From the IMG/VR virus record IMGVR_UViG_3300023179_000020: a DNA stretch of 64,000 nucleotides; one strand, given 5' to 3'. Numbering within the stretch: the first letter of the stretch is position 1; the number at the start of each line of letters is the position of its first letter. The position numbers were made by a program, and so were the translations under genes. This DNA is from a virus. Positions 56,761-64,000 of the stretch are shown piece after piece. The notes under the pieces were generated by a model, which saw only the letters and a program-made list of their open reading frames with translations, was not told the origin of the DNA and searched no databases.

Positions 56761-58052
56761 TTAAACTAACTAACATATTAAAAGAAATATTATTAACTGA
56801 ACTTAACAAGCAACAGTTAGATAGTATAGCTAAAGCATTAGGTGCTGAACGTACTAGTGAATTTGATAGTAAATTAAATTCATTAAATGCTAAGGGTATG
56901 ACTTACCCTGATATTTTAAAACAAGTTAAAGATGGTGTATCTCAAGGAAAATCTCCTGAAGAAATTTTTAGTAGCTTATCATCAACAGTAGGTAAATCTT
57001 CTAAAGATCTAGAATCAGATTTTGAAACTATAATTGATAATGAAAATATTATAGTACAAGTACCTCATACCCACGCTGCATCTCGCAAATTAGGCTTATC
57101 TACCTACGCTTATAGAGTATGTAAAGATGGCAGCAAAGATTCAGCCTGGTGTACCACTTATAAAATCCCAGATCATTTTAGAATTTATTACCATGATCAA
57201 AACAAAACTCTCTATTATATAAAAGTTAAATCTCCTGAAATAATACAACAATTAAAAGACAAGGGTTTGGCATCTTTAGTTGTATCAGCAGTTGTTGTTA
57301 ATGACAAAAATAATATAAGTGTTATATTTGATGGAAAAGATAAAGATATCCCATCTAATTGGTATCCCGCGTATCTAAAAATATTAGGACTTGATAAATC
57401 AATATTTGTTAATAAACGCTCTAAAAAAGAACGAGATTTAGCATTAAGTAGCGCTCAACTTGAACAGATGAAATATTATATTAAAAATGGAAGTAAAGGT
57501 CCACTAGAGATAGTAAAACTAGACTCTGAACTTCCTAGTGATTTAACTTTAGTTGGAGGTGATTTAAAATTAATTGCTTCTAAAATAACTAAATTACCTG
57601 ATAATTTAGTAGTTAAAGGTAAACTTATTATATCCCAATGTCCAAATATAACAACCATTCCTGAGGGTATAAAATATAAATCTCTAGCGTTATTTAGATG
57701 TCCTGCTATAACCTCTATTTCTAAACCTAAAAATAAAATAGAAGATTTAACTATAGATGATTGTCCCTCATTTACTGAACTTCCAAAAGGTATAAAAGCA
57801 AAATATATAAGAATTCAACAATGCCCACAATTCTCTAAATTACCTGATAATCTTACAAGTTCAACTGTAGATATTCGAAGTTTAAAAGTAAGTGAGATGC
57901 CTAATAATCTTAAAGTATATAGATTTCTATTAGCTGATACTCCTTTAGCTAAAAAATATGAATATGATGGGAATCAAATTATTAAGGCAATTCAAGATAA
58001 AGGTGGTGAAATAGTAAATTTTTCTTCTTTTAAACTTAATATAGTGATGTAA
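56757..58052 (+). CDS. leader-bearing (MIKLTNILKE) protein with WCT module and LRR-like repeats
   Basis: SAWCT; LP..L.V.G.L repeats; start moved to ATG 56757. Confidence 0.75.
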   Translation: MIKLTNILKEILLTELNKQQLDSIAKALGAERTSEFDSKLNSLNAKGMTYPDILKQVKDGVSQGKSPEEIFSSLSSTVGKSSKDLESDFETIIDNENIIVQVPHTHAASRKLGLSTYAYRVCKDGSKDSAWCTTYKIPDHFRIYYHDQNKTLYYIKVKSPEIIQQLKDKGLASLVVSAVVVNDKNNISVIFDGKDKDIPSNWYPAYLKILGLDKSIFVNKRSKKERDLALSSAQLEQMKYYIKNGSKGPLEIVKLDSELPSDLTLVGGDLKLIASKITKLPDNLVVKGKLIISQCPNITTIPEGIKYKSLALFRCPAITSISKPKNKIEDLTIDDCPSFTELPKGIKAKYIRIQQCPQFSKLPDNLTSSTVDIRSLKVSEMPNNLKVYRFLLADTPLAKKYEYDGNQIIKAIQDKGGEIVNFSSFKLNIVM

Positions 58053-58309
58053 TGCTCCCTTATAAAGATCTTGAGATAACAGATAAATATATTATTCGTG
58101 AATTTAGCGAAAATATAGATCCTATTGAACTAAAATGGCATCGTGATAGAGAAGATCGTTTAATAGAAATAATAGGAGAAACAGATTGGATGGTACAACT
58201 TGAAAATCAACTACCAACTTCTTTAAATCAACCCATATTTATACCAAAAGGTGAATGGCATATAGTTATTAAAGGAAATGGTACTTTAATTCTTAAAATT
58301 AATAAGTAG
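58052..58309 (+). CDS. cupin-like protein
   Basis: WHRD.E.R...IPKGEWH..IKG. Confidence 0.75.
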   Translation: MLPYKDLEITDKYIIREFSENIDPIELKWHRDREDRLIEIIGETDWMVQLENQLPTSLNQPIFIPKGEWHIVIKGNGTLILKINK

Positions 58310-60930
58310 TGAAAAATATACATAAGTTTATAGCATACGTTGTTTATAATTGGGGTTATCCTTTAAATGAAGATGAAATAAAGCTTGATAGAAACAGACA
58401 AAAGTTTTTTGATAAATTTAAAGTAGATGCTAATGATTTAAACATTAATATTACAGATGAACAATTAAAAACATACATTCAACGTTTTGACCAGTTAAAA
58501 AATTCATCTAAAGTTACTGAAAAGGACTTACATAAATACTCTTTATCTAAATTAATACAATTAGTTACTTCATCTGCTGGAGCAGACATGCCTGAACAAG
58601 CAGATATTACTCCTGACGTTGTTTATAATAATGATAATAATACTATTGTAATTTATAATGGTAGTAAAGAAGGCAACTGTATTAATTTTGGTCAAGGTGA
58701 AAGATGGTGCATAACTAGAGGCTCTTATGGTAATTACAGGTACGATGCTGATAGAGGCTTTCCTACATTTTATCTTGCTAAAAATACTAATTTACCTAAT
58801 ACTGATAAATTAAGTTTTGTTGCTATACAGGTTAGAGATACATCTGATGAAAATAAAAGGTACGTTTATACTAATAGACAGAATAGCCCATATGAGTCTA
58901 ATGCTATGTCTTTTAATAAATTAGTATCTGAGGTTCCTTGGCTTAGTGAAGTGCCTAATCTTAGTAATGTTTTAAGATATATCCCTTTAACTAGTAATGA
59001 GAAAATAACTCAAACATATAAAAACAAAGCTGCTACTTATAGAGAATGGACTCAATTCTCATTTGAAATGAAAAAACAATATCTAGTAGCCAGAAAAAAC
59101 CAATCAGAATTTTTTTCAGATATTAGTGATAATGAATTTGTAAGTACTTACCTTCCAGATTATCCACAAATAGCTGAATTTATTGCTTTAAACAATGATA
59201 TTATTGAAGATGAAGTTTTATTAAAATATTTAGATAAATTCTCTAACCAAGATAGAAGATCTATCATGGCTAACATGAGAACAAATGTGTCTTTAAAATA
59301 TTTAGATAAACAAACATTTTCATTTGACATTAAAAAATTATTAGTTAAATTAAATAAATGGAATCTTAGTAACAACGAAAGAATATATGTTACTAAAAAT
59401 GGTGAAGCTATAATTTTATTAACTTTAGACGACGATTTAAAAGTAGGAGTATACACAGAAGATGCTGATTATCCAAATATTAAACTTAATAAACGTACTT
59501 CTAAATTTTTAGCAGACTATCCCGAAATAGACACTATTCCTTTTAGGTATCTTTTAAAATTAGCATCTCAAGAAGCTATTGATAAATTAATTATCAATAA
59601 GGTTATAGAAAAAGCTAAAGAAGACCCAAACTCGGCTATAATAGTAAAAGACACAGAAGATGGACAAATATTAGTTGATTCTAATAGTTTTAATTCTTAT
59701 AAAATTAAAGATGATTCTATAACACCTATACCTTTTGATAGTGAAGAAGTTCAAAGAGTCCTTAATTCTGAAGGATCAGAAGAAAATGAAGGTATTCAAA
59801 ACAACATTTTACAATTATTTGGAAGTGGTATTCCTAACACTATAGACAAAACTACATTTGTTAATCTATTAAAAAATATTCCAATTAACAATAGAATAAC
59901 AACTGTAAGAAATATAGATTATGTAGTTATGTTAGATGATGAAAATGAAGAAATATTATTAATAGATAATAGGGAATTATCAACATCATTTAGAGCTCAA
60001 TTTCATTATAATCTTAATAGAACAAATTGGAGAGAATCACCGGGTTTAACTAATTTTGCTAGTAGTCTTGAAGTTCTTAGAGAATATTTTGAATATGCAA
60101 GAACAAAAGGATGGGCATATCAAGGTGATGAAATTATAGGTGCTATAAATAGTCAATATAATCGAAGTTATAAACAAAACATAATAGCCGCTAATCCACC
60201 ATTAGGTGAAAGATGGATGGCTGTAGTAGTAGAAGACAAATACATTTTATTAAACCGAATTAACCCTAGAAACAGTAAATTTATATCCAACACTTCAGGT
60301 AGATTAATCAATTATAATTTTCCTCCACGTGCTGCTGCTCAATACATTGGAGGACAAGCAAATGCTGCAACAACACCACCTGGTGCTGAAGAAAGAGAAT
60401 TAGCCCCTCTTAGAAGACCAGGAAGACCAGCTGGTGGTGGAACACCTAGACAAGCTCCAGCCGCCGCCGCGGCAAATCCAGATGTTACAGCCATGATTGA
60501 ACAATTTGGATTAACAGCAGGCTTTAATACCTTACCCCAAAATGTACGAAATGTAATATCTTCAGGACAAATCCTTGGTAGATTTGCAGGTGATAGAGGT
60601 GCATCTCGTAGAAACAATTTATTAAGACAATATGGAGGACAAGTTTCAAATACAATTGAATCAGGTAATTCTAAACTTTATATTATTCGTTTAAGAAGTG
60701 GAGCATACATAGGATCAGCAGTTTTTCAACCTGGTAATCAACATTACATAGTTACTACAAATTCTTCCTTTAGAATACCAAGTCCCGATGATCTTGTAAC
60801 ACAACTAAGAACACGTAACATAAACGAAAATGCAAAAGTAATGTTAGCGTTGCATGCTGAAGCAGATCCTGAATCAATGAATGAATTGAGACAAAAATTA
60901 ACTAATATTTATAAAAAACCAACATCATGA
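58309..60930 (+). CDS. large late protein with WCI module
   Basis: ERWCIT; N-terminal LNE, C-terminal INE; RRPGRP. Confidence 0.75.
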   Translation: MKNIHKFIAYVVYNWGYPLNEDEIKLDRNRQKFFDKFKVDANDLNINITDEQLKTYIQRFDQLKNSSKVTEKDLHKYSLSKLIQLVTSSAGADMPEQADITPDVVYNNDNNTIVIYNGSKEGNCINFGQGERWCITRGSYGNYRYDADRGFPTFYLAKNTNLPNTDKLSFVAIQVRDTSDENKRYVYTNRQNSPYESNAMSFNKLVSEVPWLSEVPNLSNVLRYIPLTSNEKITQTYKNKAATYREWTQFSFEMKKQYLVARKNQSEFFSDISDNEFVSTYLPDYPQIAEFIALNNDIIEDEVLLKYLDKFSNQDRRSIMANMRTNVSLKYLDKQTFSFDIKKLLVKLNKWNLSNNERIYVTKNGEAIILLTLDDDLKVGVYTEDADYPNIKLNKRTSKFLADYPEIDTIPFRYLLKLASQEAIDKLIINKVIEKAKEDPNSAIIVKDTEDGQILVDSNSFNSYKIKDDSITPIPFDSEEVQRVLNSEGSEENEGIQNNILQLFGSGIPNTIDKTTFVNLLKNIPINNRITTVRNIDYVVMLDDENEEILLIDNRELSTSFRAQFHYNLNRTNWRESPGLTNFASSLEVLREYFEYARTKGWAYQGDEIIGAINSQYNRSYKQNIIAANPPLGERWMAVVVEDKYILLNRINPRNSKFISNTSGRLINYNFPPRAAAQYIGGQANAATTPPGAEERELAPLRRPGRPAGGGTPRQAPAAAAANPDVTAMIEQFGLTAGFNTLPQNVRNVISSGQILGRFAGDRGASRRNNLLRQYGGQVSNTIESGNSKLYIIRLRSGAYIGSAVFQPGNQHYIVTTNSSFRIPSPDDLVTQLRTRNINENAKVMLALHAEADPESMNELRQKLTNIYKKPTS

Positions 60931-61196
60931 AAATTAACGAACTAAAACAAATCATCAGAGAAGAAATTGAAAAAGTATTAGCTGAAGCACCAATACGTGA
61001 AGAGGAAACACCAACACGTAAAAAGGAAGCACCAGTAAAACCAACAACTACACCTTCTCAACCAACAACTACACCTTCTCGAACAAAAAGACCTGGACCT
61101 GGTATAAAAGAAAAACCAAAAGCTGAAAAAACAGCTGAAAAAATAGCTGAAAAAATAGGAAATAGGTATAGCAAAATGCTTAAAAATAAAAAGTAA
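60927..61196 (+). CDS. late protein with MKINELKQIIREEIEKVLAE leader, Pro/Thr-rich
   Basis: leader family B; PTTTPS x2. Confidence 0.7.
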   Translation: MKINELKQIIREEIEKVLAEAPIREEETPTRKKEAPVKPTTTPSQPTTTPSRTKRPGPGIKEKPKAEKTAEKIAEKIGNRYSKMLKNKK

Positions 61197-62779
61197 TGCC
61201 TAAGTATCAAGACATATTTGATCCTGAAATCATAGCTAAGTTAAAGGCTAAATCCTCTGAAAAAATTAGAGGAAAAAGTCTTATGCAAATGATGAGATCT
61301 TCTCAAGAATTATTAAGTCTTGTAGTTTCAATTGAAGCCCCATATAAATCTCAATTATCACAATTAGCTATTGATATAGTTAAAGATCATTATCCTACTT
61401 TAGTAGAGGATAATATTGATGTAGAAGCTAGAATAGTTAGTAATGTTACTCTTGAAGAATATAACCCATATGAAAAACAAAGACGCATCTCTAATGCTTT
61501 AGTACAAGGAGCGTCAGTTGAAGAACTATATTCTTTATTTGAAAAAGAAAGTGTTATTCAACAAATACGTTCTATTAATTCAACATTATATGACAAGTAT
61601 AATGAATTAATGAAACAAGTTTTTGACATATATAATGATGATCAAGCCATAAACATGATGCTTGCTGCCATAGCTTCAGGCCAAAATTTAGCTGGTGGTA
61701 AATCTCAAATTGTAACTGAAAATGAAGGTCCTAAAATCATTGCTGAAGCAATTTGTTTCCCAATGTTGGTCCATGAAATTTTAAAAGGTTATTGGAGTAT
61801 TTTAGCACAAACTGGATTAAAAGGTAGTGATGAAGAAGCACAAGCTACAGTTGATAGAGTTGATAGATTAGAATATGAACCTGAAGATATTCGTTATGGT
61901 CCAATAATATTTAATAAATTAAAAACCATATATAAAGCATTTACTTCCCCAGATGTTGATGTAAGAACACTTGTTGTTTTTTATACAGCTATTCTTCAAA
62001 TGGAACCAGATGAATTTTTTTCATTTATAAGTAATGTTGTAGGTGATAGACCTTTAAGTGAAGACCAAATTGCTTGGATTGAAAATGAATTAGAAGACAT
62101 ACAAGTGTATTTGCAAACTATAGATGCTGAAAGAGCTATGAGTTCTTTTTCTAATAATGATGAAGATAATATAGACGATGTAGATTTGTCTGATTTAGGA
62201 TTAAATGAAAAAAAACGTCCATACAAAGACCTTGAAACAACCGACAAATACATTCTTCGTGAATTCAACGAAAACATTGACCCAATCGAATTAAAGTGGC
62301 ATCGTGATAAAGAAAACCGTATAATAGAAATTGTAGGTAAAACAAATTGGAAAATTCAACTTGAAAACCAGTTACCAGTTTCTATAAATCAACCCATTAG
62401 AATACCTAAAGGTGAATGGCACCGTTTAATTAAAGGTGACGGAACCTTAACTTTAAAAATATTAAAAGAAGAATCAACCCAATACAACATGGAAGGTATT
62501 CTATACACAGATACTAGAGAACGTCCTCAAAAAGATATTCTTTCAGACATTCGTTCTTTACCTGGTGTAACAATTGTGTCTTCTAAAGACATAAACCCAA
62601 ATGTGTATGCTACTAATAACCCAAATTACGGTACTATTATAAAAATTAAAGTTGATCCACACCCATATCCTTCTGGATTTAAAGATGAAGATTTACAACA
62701 ATTATTACAAGACATTAGAGCTGTTAAAGGTGTAAGAAATTTCAAATTAAACCAAAAAGTTGAAAAGAAAACAGTATAA
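61196..62779 (+). CDS. multidomain protein with internal cupin copy
   Basis: FPMLVHEILKG domain + LNE + cupin + LKEE + C-terminal domain. Confidence 0.8.
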   Translation: MPKYQDIFDPEIIAKLKAKSSEKIRGKSLMQMMRSSQELLSLVVSIEAPYKSQLSQLAIDIVKDHYPTLVEDNIDVEARIVSNVTLEEYNPYEKQRRISNALVQGASVEELYSLFEKESVIQQIRSINSTLYDKYNELMKQVFDIYNDDQAINMMLAAIASGQNLAGGKSQIVTENEGPKIIAEAICFPMLVHEILKGYWSILAQTGLKGSDEEAQATVDRVDRLEYEPEDIRYGPIIFNKLKTIYKAFTSPDVDVRTLVVFYTAILQMEPDEFFSFISNVVGDRPLSEDQIAWIENELEDIQVYLQTIDAERAMSSFSNNDEDNIDDVDLSDLGLNEKKRPYKDLETTDKYILREFNENIDPIELKWHRDKENRIIEIVGKTNWKIQLENQLPVSINQPIRIPKGEWHRLIKGDGTLTLKILKEESTQYNMEGILYTDTRERPQKDILSDIRSLPGVTIVSSKDINPNVYATNNPNYGTIIKIKVDPHPYPSGFKDEDLQQLLQDIRAVKGVRNFKLNQKVEKKTV

Positions 62780-62781
62780 CT

Positions 62782-63564
62782 ATGAATAAAGAATTTTTAA
62801 GAATGCAACAATTAGCTGGTATTATTACTGAAAGTGAGTATAAAACTAATACTTTATTTGAAGGAGAAGAAGCTGAAACTATTGATCAAGTCCCTAACAA
62901 TATATTAAACATCATATCTAAAGCTACTGCCCAACCAGTTGAAAAAATTAAACAATTAGCTAAACAAGAAACTTCCACCCCTGAGGATAAAGTTGATGAA
63001 TCAGCTGTTTTAACTGCTGTTACAATAGCTGGATTAATTCCTTTAGCTATGGATGCTATAGGAGGTGTATCAAATTGGGTTTCTCGTAACACTGGAAAAA
63101 ATGAAGCTGAAATAGCACAATTAAAAAAATTTAATGAAAAAATTAAAGAAAAAGAAGAATTAATAAAGAATTTAGATAAAAAAGATGCTAAAAGTGAAAT
63201 GAGAGAAAGAGAACTTTTAAATAAATTAAAAAAACAAAGAGATGATATGTGGGGTTCTGATTTTGGGCAATGGATGAAAAAAAAAGCTCATGGGTTACAT
63301 CATGCTTATACTTGGCCTATTAGAACCTTATTAAAATGGGTTGGATTTATAACAGGAAATAAAAAATTAAAAAATAAAGAATTTAGAGAAAAATTAGCTA
63401 ATATACTATATGCTATTACGATGACTGGAATAGCTGGGGTTGGTATTCTTTCCCATTTAGGACATCTTACAGGAGTAGCCCCAGTAGCTATGACTATAGC
63501 AGATGGAGTTAAAGGAGGAAAAAGTATAGGTGAAATAGTTAATTCTATTGGTTTAGCAATTTAA
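62782..63564 (+). CDS. late protein with RMQQLAGIITE leader and hydrophobic helices
   Basis: leader family C. Confidence 0.75.
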   Translation: MNKEFLRMQQLAGIITESEYKTNTLFEGEEAETIDQVPNNILNIISKATAQPVEKIKQLAKQETSTPEDKVDESAVLTAVTIAGLIPLAMDAIGGVSNWVSRNTGKNEAEIAQLKKFNEKIKEKEELIKNLDKKDAKSEMRERELLNKLKKQRDDMWGSDFGQWMKKKAHGLHHAYTWPIRTLLKWVGFITGNKKLKNKEFREKLANILYAITMTGIAGVGILSHLGHLTGVAPVAMTIADGVKGGKSIGEIVNSIGLAI

Positions 63565-63597
63565 TAAAAAACAACATATTTATAAACAAAATTAAAA

Positions 63598-64000
63598 ATG
63601 AATATACTTGAAATTAAAAAAATGCAAAAAATTGCCGGAGTAATAACTGAAGGTGAATATAGAATGTTTATTGAGGCAATTCATGATGAAACTTTAGATG
63701 AAGGGTGGAAAAACTGGTTGTTAGGTGGTTTAATTACATTATCAACTTTAGGAGGAATAGGTAAAGTATATCAAATGGATCAACAAGCAAAAGCTGATAA
63801 AGCTAAACAAGTTGAATATTACAATAATGTTCTTAGTAACGAAGTTACTAAAATGAATGATGATGATCTTTTTAAACTAGGATCAGACATTAGTGATAAA
63901 ACAGGTGAAATGAAAGGTAATTCCAATGCTGACTCAGATACATATAAAAAAATGATGATAAATTACGCTAAGGATTATATTAAGAATCATCCAAACAAAT
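63598..64000 (+). CDS. late protein with KMQKIAGVITE leader (3' truncated by window)
   Basis: ATG 63598 after ATATTTAT; open to window end. Confidence 0.7.
   Translation, partial: MNILEIKKMQKIAGVITEGEYRMFIEAIHDETLDEGWKNWLLGGLITLSTLGGIGKVYQMDQQAKADKAKQVEYYNNVLSNEVTKMNDDDLFKLGSDISDKTGEMKGNSNADSDTYKKMMINYAKDYIKNHPNK

Noticed and set aside
6133-63092. All minus-strand ORFs in the track
   Set aside because: Almost all are short antisense shadows of well-supported + strand genes, and the rest fall in repeat or spacer DNA; none has recognisable motifs or promoters.

Overview
This window is a 64-kb, AT-rich segment of a large myovirus-type (T4-superfamily-like) phage genome. Essentially every real gene is on the + strand. 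The host is very probably a Bacteroidota member, based on TTTG(G)...TATATTT promoters, a stand-alone T9SS type-B C-terminal domain and an Hc1-like histone. Layout: thyA and a lysis region (1-8.7 kb); small hypothetical genes; an iteron-like repeat block (12.75-13.14 kb); an array of small promoter-plus-ORF early cassettes (13.1-19.9 kb) closed by a GC-rich, palindrome-bearing spacer; tRNA, tRNA-like and ncRNA clusters (16.0-16.3 and 23.8-24.5 kb); an HD hydrolase and gp55-like sigma factor; baseplate/tail genes (27.8-44.1 kb); GIY-YIG nucleases, primase and exonuclease; and a long late block (47-64 kb). The most striking system is a set of unrelated enzymes (ART-like, GNAT, P-loop kinase, HAD phosphatase, LRR-like) that share a 10-aa leader, MIKLTDLLKE-like, resembling the T4 capsid-targeting sequence. 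Neighbouring multidomain proteins have domains joined by L/I-x-E linkers. I infer a modular, protease-processed, virion-packaged effector payload. One two-gene unit of it sits between 37-bp direct repeats of the thyA 3' end. Also notable: three tRNA-like RNAs with an identical T arm, near-identical acceptor stem and aberrant anticodon arms. All family assignments come from motifs read by eye; no searches were run.
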